A stretch of DNA of 64,000 nucleotides from Isurus oxyrinchus (taxonomy: Eukaryota). The stretch lies in assembly GCA_026770705.1 (NCBI GenBank), contig JANJGN010000033.1:15004001-15068000 (forward strand). The letters are read 5' to 3'. Below, piece after piece: positions 38,400-50,358 of this stretch (position 1 is the stretch's first letter; each line of letters begins with the position of its first letter). The notes beneath the pieces are model-generated. The model ran no database searches, was not told the DNA's origin, and saw only the letters and a list, made by a program, of their open reading frames with translations. The position numbers were made by a program, and so were the translations under genes.

Positions 38400-39950
38400 A
38401 TAACATTTGTCGTTTTCACACCTCGAGGTCTATCATCTCACAGGAACAACGCAGTAACTGGAATCTATTTCGGGTGCCTCGCAGCGCAGTTATCAATGAG
38501 GATTTGACACCAAATCACAAGGGGAGATATTCGGGTAGATGATGAAACGCTTGGTCAAAGAATTGGTATTGAAGGCTGATGTAAAGGGGAGGGGGGTGGT
38601 GCGGTGTTGGGGGAAAGGTTTGGAGAGGTTTAAAGCGAACCTTACGGAGCCGGCAGCCTGGGCAGCTGCTGACATCATCAATGGTTCGACAATTTTTTAA
38701 AAAATACACAAGGAGTCAGAACTAGAGGAGGGCTGGTATTTCAGATGGTTGCAGGGTTGAGACTTTCTGGAGGTTTGAAAAGAAGGATGGAAATGATAAT
38801 TGAATGGGGCCAGGAATTTTGCATTAACCAGTTTAGGGTGAAGTAGTAATGTGCAGCTGAATCTTAGGTAGGTTTAAGTTAACAAAGGGTGGAAGATGGA
38901 AATGGACTTGAGTGGAATTTTCAAGGTTGGAAATTCAAAGTAAAACCAACAAGGATTGGTGTTTCCGCAGCACAGCATGTGGGGCAAGGGCGCTACATGT
39001 GCAGTTGGGTATAAACTGTTAGTGTGATTGTCCGGATATGTGGTCAAACTCTTTTTATAGAGTACGACAGCAAGGTTAGTGAACTTTCTGGTTGACACCA
39101 ATAAAACAAACGGTGAGAGTAATTATTTCAGTGTCTGGGGAACCATGGCTGCTTTTGTTCCCAATATTATATCGACAGAATATTTCCTGAATAGGGATAG
39201 CCCCTGGACGAGCAGTCTGGCCATTTCTAGACTGTAGAGGGATCAGGAGGGCCAATTGTGAGGTAGAGTTGGATGTAGTCGGCACACGAGTCTAAGCATC
39301 TAGATGAAAATAGGAGCGGGCAGGGCTAGATCTTTGGGGCAGAGGGTATCAGAGGTAACTGTGTGGAATGGGAACTATAGCTGTTTCATGTGATTCTTTA
39401 GTGATGAATTGAGTGACACTAATGGAGTAAGGCAAGGTGTACACCAGCCTAGCTGGCCGATAGAGGAGAAGCATTACAGGGCGATGGTGTTTTTAACCGC
39501 TTGAAGGAAGGGCTGTAAGCGAGTCTAGATGGACGAGGTTTTGCAGTTCACCACGGTCTTTGCCAAATAGGATGTCAATCGTTACTTTTGTAAGAGCTGT
39601 AAGGTGGAATATGGTGATTGAGGTGATTTAGATATGGTATTCAATGAAATATTTCTTTGGTTACAGAGGCCGATGGCATTTTACTGAACTGTGGAGTGAA
39701 AAATGAGGTTAGAAATGAAACCTTATTTTGCAAGAAGCGAGGTTTCAGGTTGTTTCTATTTTCCCTTTTGAGGAGAGAGTTTATGACGTCAGATTCAAAG
39801 TGTCAAAAGAGATAGAATAGCTGACGGCATCAGCTAACAGGGAACTATAATGGGAAAGTAAGTGGCTAGCAGTTTGTGCGGTAACATTGCTGAGAGCAGG
39901 AGTTTGGTCACTTGGACAGGATGAGCTTGACGAAGCCCTGACACTGGTTA
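38400..39950 (-). mobile_element. Decayed L2-like LINE
   Basis: L2-type tail 'tttgacaccaaatcacaaggggagatattcggg..cttggtcaaaga' and purine-rich antisense RT remnants. Confidence 0.55.
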
Positions 39951-40310
39951 AGAAAGAAAGATTCGTTTTCAAGTTTAACCTTTAAATATGAGCTGGAATA
40001 TTATAACAAAAATTAAAATAATGACAGAAATATTTATAATTATGAAAAGACGGGAGAGGGCAACCAGAAATAGACTGTTTCCAATAGACCTGGATGTCAA
40101 GAGGGAACGTGATTGAAAGAAGTTTACATACAATGTATCTCGAACAGAGAGCAGGAGAAAATTATTTGCAAATACAGTTGCGAGGCCCTGGAAATTAGTT
40201 CAAGGGTTCGTGGCCGAGGCTTAAGATATGCAATACTCAAAGTAATTTTGTTTCGTCGATGATAGAAGGGATTTTTAAGGGTTATGGGGATAGAGTAATT
40301 TGCCGTGACT

Positions 40311-40808
40311 AAAACACAAACAAAAATACCTGGAAAGACTCAACAGTTCTGAAAGCATCTGCGGAGAGGAACACAGTTAACGTTGCGAGTCCGAATGACT
40401 TTTCATGAGAACTAAAGAAAAATAGAAAAGAGGTAAGATGTAATCTGGTTTAAGGTGGGGGGGGGGGGGCGGGGTACGTATAGAGCTTGCGAGAGGGCCT
40501 GTAACAGGTGGAGATTGCCAAAAGATGTCATAGGCAAAAGTACAAAGAGGTGTTGACAGTGACATTAGCTAACATATGTTCTAATGGTGACATTAAGGGT
40601 AGAAAGCAGGACGAGCAAGGTACAGAGAGCCCTAGTGGGAGTGGAGAGGGGGGAAGGGATCGAAATAGGCTGAATGGTAGAGATAAAACAATGGATGGAA
40701 ATACATTTAAAAATAATGGAAATAGGTGGGAAAAGAAAAATACGTATAAATTATTGGAAAAGGGGGGATCGGAAAGGCGATGCGGATGGAGGAGAGAGTT
40801 CATGATCT
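40311..40808 (-). mobile_element. Penelope (Neptune-type) 3' UTR and pLTR fragment, same family as 18585-19075
   Basis: Near-collinear with 18605-19075 (gggaagggatcgaaataggct..gatggaaatacat..ggagagagttcatgatct). Mutated hammerhead at ~40375-40413. Confidence 0.88.
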
Positions 40809-41239
40809 CATGATTTAAAGCAATATTTTCTAACTGTATGGGTCTAAGTGGAAATTAGATATTAATTCCGACAGTGAAGGAGTTTGATTGGAGTTAAAAA
40901 GCTGACAGTGTCTCTCTCTTTCTCCCTAGTGCATATGAAGTGGGTGGAGACGACAATATTTTGCAACACCTAGAATGTGCAATGCAATCAAGTCCTTGTC
41001 AGATTCTGCCAAACGTTAAATCAGGAGATGGAAGCGGTGGAGTGACTGCCGGTTGAAACTATGGACCATTCACATAAACGTTTTGTGTTCTATATGGCAT
41101 GGACTTCAAATTATATCATCCAGCAGTTGGTTAAGGTAAACGAAGGCAATAGCTGCACCGCTTGATAGGAATTGCAATTAACTTTATAATGACAAAAATC
41201 ACGACCATTTATGAGTCAGCTACATTGCAATGGGTTTGA

Positions 41240-41460
41240 AGCCTCATAGGGCACACCAAGTTAAGACGGCAGATTTCCTTTCCTGAAGGATATTAGTGAA
41301 CCACATGTGTTTTATAGCAATCGACAACCGTTTCATGGTCATCATCAGAATTTTAACCCCAACAGTTTATTGGATTCAAGTTTCATCATCTGCGTGGTAT
41401 TCGAACCCATGTCCCTGGTGCATTAAAATTAAAGTCCAATGCCAGTCTGCCACTGCCTCC
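41240..41460 (-). mobile_element. Deu-domain SINE fragment
   Basis: 'ggcagatttcctttcctgaaggatattagtgaacca' and B-box 'ttcgaaccc' are reverse-complement matches to 37880-38100. Confidence 0.75.
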
Positions 41461-41579
41461 CTCGAATTGCCAGCTATAAACTCCAGCTAACTCGGGAGTG
41501 TTCCCGAATTATAATTCAGTTTAACTGAAATAGTGATTACTTAATAATTCTGACCCTTTGTTTTTCTTAGGAGAATGTC

Positions 41580-42270
41580 TCGCATTGGTTTTCCATCTAT
41601 CATTGCTGGACCAGGAATACTGCCCATTGTTCGGTCAGGAACAGGCACTGTGCTCCACTAAGATTTAGGAAATATTTGCTTCTGGAACGGGATTTCTGCT
41701 ATTTCAAAAACAGGGAAATTCCTGTACATGGATCGTTAATGTGCTAACCAAGAACCAGGAAGCTTCTGTACAGGAATTGGGAAATTGCTCTACATTCAGC
41801 AGGAATGTACTTCACCAGAAGCAGGAAATATGTGATTCTTGGATCCGGGAAAGGGCTACACCAGGAACCTGAAATGTATTGCACCAGGAATACGGGATGC
41901 TCTGTGCCTTCATCTGGGATGTGTGGTACTGCAAGTAAGGGAGGTGCGACTCTTGGAACCATATGTGTGCCACACCTGATAGTGCAGTGTACCAAGAACA
42001 TATAGTTTTCAATGGGTGAGCATTCCAGTGTACCATGCCAGTGAACCCAAGGTGTGTCATATATGGTCCCAGGGGAGTACCATAGCCAGCAGTTTACCAT
42101 ACCCAAACCCAAAACTTTGCAGTGCCTGGGTTCTCCACTCTGCGGTGCTAGGCCATTGGCATGTGCTGCACTCGACCCCAGTATTGCTTTCTGCCTGGTG
42201 CCAGCCGCGTGCCATACCTGGCCCTGGGCTTCAAACTGACCAGACACTCCATTGTACAGGCACCCGCGAG
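41580..42270. repeat. Highly degenerate ~21-22-nt tandem array (approximate unit tgtgctgyaccaggaacyggga)
   Basis: Recurrent 'caccagga(a)', 'tgt(g/a)ctg' and 'ggga' at ~21-22-nt spacing. Related arrays at 52250-52870 and 53300-53860. Confidence 0.55.
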
Positions 42271-43044
42271 TTGAACAGTGCTCTAATGCCGCCATGTCTC
42301 TGTTTTACTTTAACAACCTCTCTATGCATGGACAAAGTTTGCTTTGGTGAAAAAGTATTTTATTTGTGTTCACAATCTGTTCTATTCACACCACGTGGAG
42401 CATGCATAATACTCACTGAGAAAAAATATGTTTAGTTTAATCCGTTTAAGCCCTCCTCAAAAGGTGCAAAAATAAGGAGCAGCCTTCGGCAAATGCAGAT
42501 TGTGGTGTGTAGGTTTGGAATTTAACATAAAAACATTAGCCATTTCGACATTGTTCCAAGTGATGGTGCAAAGATTAATATACGCCAGAGTCATTCTGTT
42601 CACTTGTTTTCTTTGCTGGTGCCAGCTTTGATTTTTTTTTAAGCCTTCCTTCAAAAGTGGCAGAGATCAAATAAACTCATTGGCATTGACATACTCAGCA
42701 CCTGTATGGACATTCCTCAGGATTGGCCTATTTCTGGGAATAATCACAGCAAGGGGTCATTCAAAAGCACTCTTGAACTACAATCTCAAAGTGGGACTGA
42801 CTAAAGCAGCTTACCCTCTTAGCCATGTAATTGTTCAAACCCCTTCTGTAGAGAACTCATGCCCCGGTCTGTTCCTTGCAGGCAAGTGGCTGCGAGCTTC
42901 TCAAACACCGCAACAACTTGCAAAGAACATTGCACCAGTTTGCGACTTGTTTCAGAAAACAAGAAGATGGAACATAGCCAAACAGTTGAATGCACATGAC
43001 AAGACAACAAAATAGTTAAAAATGTTTGGAATTGTGATGTTTTT

Positions 43045-43939
43045 TCAATGAAATAATTTGTTATTCAGTGTGAAGGAATATTTCACTCCGTTCCAGAACT
43101 CCGCTCTAAACTTCCTTTGGGTCACTGCATAAATAAAGTGTTTGTACAGCAACTCAGGAGTTGCAGCATAAATCCCATTTCCCAAACAAACATGGGCAGA
43201 GGAACAGAATACCGCAAAAAATCCAATCGCCTTAATGTAGAACAAGCCATAAACACCATCCACAAGAATGTGAAATTCCCTGATATAATAAAGAGCAAGG
43301 TTATAGATTTCCTTCGGCTCTCCATCTCTGAGTCACTGGAACTGTCCCCATGCCTGTGGCCTCGGAGTCTTTTGCAGGTCTTGCTGGCTATTAAAATGTA
43401 ATTGACTGTTAATGTCTTTAACAGTAGAATCAAAACAAATGGAAGAAATGGCGTTACAATGTAATGCAATAATTCAACAATGGACCAGGCCATTGAACGA
43501 GATACACCAGGATCAACACGACAAAACCAGGAACTGTTAAAAAGCCAATATTCAGTAGTATATAAAAAATACCAAAAAATGTTCTTCAAAAGGCTCAGAA
43601 CTGCCACGATTCCTAAAACCACATCCGCTATCTTCTCCTTGCAATATTTAGATTTCAGATTCTGACAACAAATCGCCACAAAGCGATCAAAGGTGAAAGT
43701 GACTGGGAACCAGACCGAGCAGTCTGTGACAGCATAAAGCAAAACAGCATTGCTGTTACACAGGCTAATGTTCCTGAAAAAAATAAATTATTCCCGGTAA
43801 ACAATAGGAATCTGCCTTAGTATAACATCGATTATAACGACCAGTAGATCTGCAAGTGCCATAGCCACCAGATAGCGAGTTACACATTTGGAGAGGCCAT
43901 ACTTCCCCCGACACAGGATGGCAATTGTCACAACATTAA
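43045..43939 (-). pseudogene. GPR139-like GPCR pseudogene (exon 2), two frame lesions
   Basis: Acceptor 'atttttctcag|TT AAT GTT'. In-frame TAA at 43788-43790 (the paralog has CAA) and a 1-nt deletion at ~43136 in TM7. Otherwise collinear with 56202-57097. Confidence 0.92.
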
Positions 43940-44299
43940 CTGAGAAAAATGCTAGGGAAATTATACAGCTCACATGTAGCAATAAAGAAGATTTCTGTAT
44001 TATAGTGAAATATAGAGATAGCTTTGTAACTACAGCAATAACATTCTTCAACATATCCTGAAACGCATCTAAAATATGTTGCTCCATTTTTCATGCATTG
44101 ATAGAAACTTAGTATTTTATAGTGACAGGCAGTTTTACAGATATGGGTCATAACGACATCTATCGATAATAAACAATCAAGCAAGTGAAAAAAACTGTAT
44201 AAAATCACATAGAATAATCTTGCATTCCTTTAAGTGTAGGGATTGAAAGTCCATCTCATTGAGGTGTGTAGGATGATTATAATATAGGTAGAGATCCCT

Positions 44300-46000
44300 T
44301 TAATTGGTACGCTACTCCGTTTTGAATGTTATTAATCGATCTGCGAATTATATCGCCTTTGGTTTGTTTTTAGATTCGTCTTAGCTCTGTCATTTGGTTC
44401 AGTGATTGGAAACCGTTTCTGTCTATCTGAAATCCACACGATTTTTAATGGTTCTGTCAAATCTGCCCTTCCCATCTTTAGCTCTAAGAAGAAACACCCC
44501 AACATCTTCAGTGCACCCAAACAGCCGCAACCCTTGATTGCTTGAGGTAAAACAGTAAAGCCCTTCTTTATTCTGTCAAAACTGACACGTTTTTTTCCAA
44601 AGAGCGGTGTCCAGGATTGGACACAATGCACCAGCTTAGTCCAAAGTAGTATCATAACGGCTCGGCAAATTTTCCTGTCTTTTCAGTTGAATGTCACTTT
44701 CTGTAAAGCCCAGGATTCCGTTCCGTATCATTTATTAAATGTTTTCTTAATTTGCCTTGCCACCTTCACATATTTCATGCTCTCTCTCTCTCTCTCTCTC
44801 TCTGCACCAGCCTTTAGACATTTGGAACTGTTGTTGTCTTCTCTGCCCCAATGCTTTTTCCAAAATTATATCACCTCACAATATTCAGTGCGTAAATTCA
44901 GATGCCATGTGTACACCTGTTCCATTAGAAAGAATAACAACTACTGTTATTTTAACAACATCATATGAGGGATCTTCCAAATTCTTCAGATATTATTTTT
45001 AAAGAACATTAGTAGATATTGTCTTATCATTGACGTTAGTTACCTCTACAAAATATTCAAGCAGGTACGTTAACCATGACGTCCCTTTAGCTAATCTATG
45101 CTGTTCCCCTCTGATCAGTTCATGTTCGCCTACCTGCTCAGTCATTGTGTCCAGAATGATAGATTCTTATAAGACGAATACGCATATAACTCCGTTCTTT
45201 GCCCCCTTACCTTTCTCAAATAATGACATGAAGTTAGAATTATCCAGTCCAAAAGGACAAATCCTGAATAAAGAGAATTTGGGGCTTTCGAGGTGAGAAA
45301 ACATACAATTGCTTTAACAATCAATGTAATATTTCAGTTTGAATGTCATTTTGTCCACGAAATGTGTCTGTCTTTCATTTCGTTGTTTGCCCATTCTATT
45401 TCAGAATTTATATTACATTTCATAAGTCACGTCGCTTATTTATATGTGTATTCCTCGGTCCTGTGGAATGTAATCCCCGTACACTGCGCTGAAGATTGGT
45501 TAAATAGTATGTACTAATTAAGTCTGCTAATTCCTTATTCATAATAAATCGACCTTCTGTAAGGCTACCTTGCACTTAGCTCTCCTCTTCCTGCAAAAAT
45601 TACTTTACTGCTTTCCTTTATATGCCTTGATTTTTTCATTTGTTCATTCATGCATCTCCTGTCACTTTGTCAGTGTAATTTATTTAATATACCTTTCCAA
45701 GCACTCGGTCTATCTGATACTTCTTGCATTGCTAAAAAAGCGCTTTCTTTTCAGTGTTATATTATCTATACTGCCTATGTTAACCACGGTTGTTAGATTA
45801 CAAACGAGGAGTTTGTTCCCTTTGGGGGTTTTGTACAGGCCTTGTATTCTGCCACAGAGTTGTTCCAAAATCTCCCACCATCTCTCATGTTATCGGTTAT
45901 TACTTTTGTCCAGTCTCCTGTGTATCATTCCTGCTTTATCCTGCAAAAGCTAGCTCCAGATAACTTGAAAAATGCTGTTTAGGACCCGTACATTTAACTA
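44300..46000 (-). mobile_element. Decayed CR1 LINE; 44330-45400 is duplicated at 62925-64000
   Basis: TKLVHCVQSWTPLFGK..LKMLGCFFLE..RADLTE in ORF 44332-44655. (CT)n at 44781-44802. Confidence 0.75.
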
Positions 46001-46520
46001 AATTTTGAATTCTAAAATCATTTCGCCAGGTGGCCTTTTGGTAGAACAGAAATTGATTAGTCCATTGAATATAGACATGATGAAGCTTTCGTCTTGCACC
46101 CACCAGGACATTTCGCAAGAATACCAACATAAGTGAACTCTGATTGATAGAGGCGTTGCCATGAGAAATGCACCAGTGATGGTGAATAACAGTGAACTGC
46201 CAAGCATTTTTATGTTTGGGAAATTTCAGCCAGATATTTCCTATTCCACCAAAGGCACTGGACAAGCTAAACACGAGCAAGATCCCATGGATGTTGAAAG
46301 ACATAATGAGACAACTGCTGAAGGCTAAGAAAGTGGCATACAAAGACAGCAGGAGGGTGCATGATAAGAGGCAATATGAAGATAAGAGGACAGAAATTCT
46401 AAAAATATTAAGAAGGCAAGGAGGATGCATGAACTTATATGAACTTACTGAGGAAAATAAAACAAAATATTAAAACATTTTACGGGCTCATTAATAAAAA
46501 GGACGACTGGGAAGGGATTA

Positions 46521-46736
46521 AAAACAAACAACTGCGAATGCTGGAAATCCAAAACAAAAACAGAATTACCTGGAAAAACTCAGCCGGTCTGGCAGCATTG
46601 GCAGAGAAGAAAAGAGTTGAAGTTTCGAGTCCTCATGACCTCATGAGTTCTGTTGAAGGGTCATAAGGACTCGAAATGTCAACTCTTTTCTTCTCCACCG
46701 ATGTTGCCAGACCTGTTGAATTTTTTCCAGGTAATT
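46521..46736 (-). mobile_element. Fold-back Penelope-derived element with hammerhead motif and a 14-bp direct flank
   Basis: CTGGGAAGGGATTA at 46507-46520 and 46737-46750. Inverted arms ~46561-46640 and ~46659-46739. Tail at 46521-46560. Confidence 0.9.
46645..46685 (+). ncRNA. Minimal type I hammerhead ribozyme motif (CUGUUGA core)
   Basis: GAGUU-CUGUUGA-A-GGGUC-AUAAG-GACUC-GAAA-UG-UC-AACUC. 5-bp stem I, 5-bp stem II, and a GUC cleavage triplet at 46678-46680. Confidence 0.72.
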
Positions 46737-48318
46737 CTGGGAAGGGATTAGTTGCATTAAGGGCTAGACGGGATTATACCAGAGGTAAAGATGGCACAAA
46801 TAACAGCAATTTTATACTTATCAGAAAGATAAAACGGAGAGACATAGCACTGATTGATGACATGATAATGGATAAGTTCATTTAAAATAAACAAAGAGGT
46901 GTAATCAATAAGTATTTCAAACTCAAGGAAGATTAATCTCCTGGTCCAGATGCATTGCACACATACAATCTTAAAGAATCCAGAGAAAGGGTAACAGAGG
47001 AATTGGTACAGAATTTTAGTAATTGGTAATGTCGTGCAAAGCGGGTTGGAATTCATATAACTTAATGCATCTACTTAAGAAGGGGGACAGAACATGCTGC
47101 GAGAATGGTTGATCAGTCACGTTGACATCAGTAGCGGGAAAATATGAAATCCCTTCTACAACCGAGATTAGAATAACTTCTAGACTAGAATATGTATAAA
47201 ACTATGAATAGGAGAAATGGATTTTAAAAGGGAAATTCTTGTTTGACCAATATTATTGTTTTTTTTCATTTTGAGGAGCTAACAGGGTTGAAAATAGTAA
47301 ATGCTGTAGATGTAATTTTCTGGAATTGATTCGATAAGATGCTCTTTATTACACTAATGAAACTTTTGAGAGGATGGGAAGCAACTGGACAACTGGCAAA
47401 ATAGATTTCTGGCTGGTTTCGAGACAGAAAGCAAGGAATGAGATCCAATAATTCTTTAGACTGGGAGAAGATGTTTCAGGAGGATCATTACTGGCACCAC
47501 AGCTGTGAAAACATGAAGGCTGAAATAAAAAACACTATATCGCATGTGTGGATGGCATTAGTTAGGGGGAGGATCATAATGAGTACTGATGAGGATTGCA
47601 ACATTTTACATGAGGATATCAAGAAACTTGCGGAATGAGCAAATAGATGCCAAATGAAGCTCAGCGCAGATCAAATGTGAAGTCACAATTCTTGGCAGTA
47701 AGAAAAGGGAGGTCGCTTGTTCCTCGTTGGAGTAGTGGTTGCTAAGTGAAAATCCTGAGCCAGGACTGTGGAAACCTAACTACACTATTCCATATGGACT
47801 GCAGTCGCTTAAGAAGGCAGATCTTGAGAAGGCACCCCCTCATGGGAAGTTAACATTGGACAATGAATGCTGGCCTAGCCAGCGACGCCCAGAACTCATG
47901 AATGAAATTTTAAAAAGGATGCTTCCCCTCGTCGGAAGAAATCAAGAATTAGAGGCCCTGTTTTAAAACAAGATCACCCCATTTAAAACTGGGACCAAGA
48001 GGAATATCTCCTTGCAGAGGGCCGTTAACCTGTAGAATTCTCTTCGACAGAGGTTGGATCATTGGATATATTCAAGGCTGAGTGATGCAGATTTTTGAAC
48101 AATTGGGAGCCAAGAGCTATGTGTGTGAGGCGGTGGGAGGGAAGGCAGGAAATTCGAGTGAGGCCATGATCTAATTGAATGTTGTAACAGACTCGAAGGG
48201 CCAAATGGCCTACCCTGCTCTTATATATTATGCCTTACATTCCCACGTCTGTATTGGAAGCCATGGTCCAGCCAGTGCTTATTTTTCTCCTTGCCTTTGT
48301 ACTCCTTCTTAATAAATG

Positions 48319-48510
48319 AAGAGAACAATTTCATATTTTTTACCTGTTAACTTTTTTTTGCCAGCTGCAAAGATTTTTGCACATACACCTTTGCCTCTAT
48401 TCCTACTTTAAGATGGTACCATTGAGCCAAAAAGAGAAGAACTTCATATTTTTTACCTGTTAACTTTTTCTTGCCAGCTGCAAAGATATCTGCACATACA
48501 CCTATGCCTC
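48319..48510. repeat. Tandem direct duplication (79-bp match, 113-bp period) inside a decayed CR1
   Basis: 'ttcatattttttacctgttaacttttt..tgccagctgcaaagat..tgcacatacacct.tgcctc' at 48319-48397 and 48432-48510. Confidence 0.9.
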
Positions 48511-49344
48511 AATTCTTGCTTTGAGCTTGCACCGTTGCATTCATAATACCTGTCGCCATTTCTTCCAATACAATGCACTTCTCCCCACTTCTCTGGATTA
48601 AATTTAACGTCTGTTTCCCATTTTTTATCGCTTTCTTGTCATCGTCAACTCTCTTAATTTCTTCCATATAAATTGCTAAAGTACCTTCTTTCATTTCGTC
48701 AGAAAACTTTGAAATTATGATCTCGCTACAAAAGTTCAGGTCATTGATGTGTTACAAATGAATCTGTGGTCTAATACTGACATCTAGCGGTCATCAATTC
48801 ATTTTCACTCTAGTCCGAATTATAATTGTTGTCCAATATTTCCTGCTTCCTTTCACTTAGCCTTTATTCTAAACACGCTTTCCATTTAATTGCATGGCTT
48901 TAAAATGTTCTATCATGGCTGATAAATTTTACTTCATCAATGGATTTTTTGAAAACCCTTGTAGACAACATGAACAACACTTCCCTCATCAACTCTCTTC
49001 ATTTCTTACCCAAAGAACTCCAGCGAGTTCAGAAATAAGATTTACCTCTAACAAACCCGTTTTGCTGCTTTCAAAATTGTATTAACAGTGGCCTCAATTA
49101 TCGTCTCCAAAAAGTTGCAAGGCACTGCCAGTAGTTTGACCAGCCTGCTTTGGTCTTTCTTTCTACTTTGTAGATCAGAGGTATTAAATTCGGTACTCTT
49201 CTGGCATTACTCCAACCAACTAATCTAATCACGATTGGAAGATTGTGACCAGAGATTCCCGCCTTTACTAAGTACAGTAAAGTAAGATTGCTTTCCATTC
49301 AGGGTGAATTACTACTATAAATTGAAACCTACCAAGAGATCTTA

Positions 49345-49437
49345 CTTTAAATAAAAACAGTAAATAATGGAAATGGCCAGCGGGCTGGTCGCATCAGTGA
49401 AGAGGGAAGCAAATTTAACGTTTCGAGTCCAATATGG
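49345..49437 (-). mobile_element. Penelope pLTR fragment abutting the pseudogene 3' end
   Basis: 'ttaacgtttcgagtcc' (GGACTCGAAACGTTAA on the minus strand) and an 'aaataaaaacag' tail. Confidence 0.6.
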
Positions 49438-49459
49438 AGATGGAGAAGTTTTCCATTAT

Positions 49460-50358
49460 TTAATGCGAACGAATTAAGCTGATCACCGTTACAACGGGAT
49501 ATTTCACTCCATTACTCAATTCCTCTCTGAATTTGCTCTGATAACTGCATAGATAAAAGTATTCGTGCAGCAACTGAGGAGCGGCACCATGAAGTCAATT
49601 TCAGGAACAAATGTGGGAAGAGAAATAGTGTATCCCAAGTATCCAATCGTCTCCATATACAGCATACCATAAACACCGCCAAAAAAATAGCATGAAATTC
49701 CCTGATATAACGAACAGTAAAATCATGGATTTCTTTCGGTTCCCCATCTCTGGGTCCATGGGGCTCTCATTGCTACGACTCCAGAACCCCCTTCGGGCCC
49801 TGCTGGCTACTAAAATATTTCTGATTGTCATTACATTGAAGAGTACAATCAAAAGAAATGGCATAAAATACGTTAAAATATGATACATTAATTCAACAAC
49901 GGCCTAGGCGAGTGAACGGGAAAGATAGACCTTCACGAGGCAAAGCCAAGGACTATTTGAAAGCCAACATGTACTTGTACATAAAAAAAATACCAGAAGG
50001 TGTTCTTCAAATAACTGAGCACGGACACTGTTCTGAGGACTACAGTAACTGTTTTCTCAGTGCAATATTTAGACGTTAGCTCCTGAACAAATGGCTTCAG
50101 ATCGATCAAAGGTGAAAGTGGCAGTAAACAGGACAGAACGGTCTGTGACAGCATAAAGCATGACGGCATGGATATTAAAAAATCTGACATTTAACAGAAA
50201 AGCAGTTTCTCCTCGATGAACAATAGGTATCTGCCTCAGTTTCAGATGGAATATTATGACCAGCAGATCCGCCGCAGCTGTGGCCTCCATGCAGCCAGTG
50301 ACACATTTGGAGAAACCACATCTTCCCCTAAAAAGGAACGCAATTGTAACTGCATTAA
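49460..50358 (-). pseudogene. GPR139-like GPCR pseudogene (exon 2), multiple frameshifts
   Basis: Acceptor 'attgcttatag|TT AAT GCA'. Homology is split over ORFs 50069-50395, 49933-50190 and 49601-49888 (RGRCGFSKCVT, TFDRS, SKYCTEKT, DPEMGNRKKSMILLFVISGNF). C-terminus GVKYPVVTVISLIRSH*. Confidence 0.92.

Larger units (their letters stand above)
46230..48240 (+). mobile_element. Decayed CR1 LINE with nested fold-back element and SINE tail
   Basis: SPGPDALH (~46935), GFxKGNSCLTN-like (~47218-47250), LHEDIKKLAE (47600s) and tail 'gactcgaagggccaaatggcctac'. Confidence 0.75.

Noticed and set aside
41580-42270. CRISPR-like or other repeat-spacer array
   Set aside because: No invariant repeat, no unique spacers, no cas genes, and a vertebrate context. 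It is a degenerate minisatellite.
43788-44087. In-frame upstream extension making the 43-kb GPCR intronless (MEQHILDAF...)
   Set aside because: The extension lacks the YYP..GVP TM1 motif and crosses a canonical acceptor at the same position as in all paralogs.
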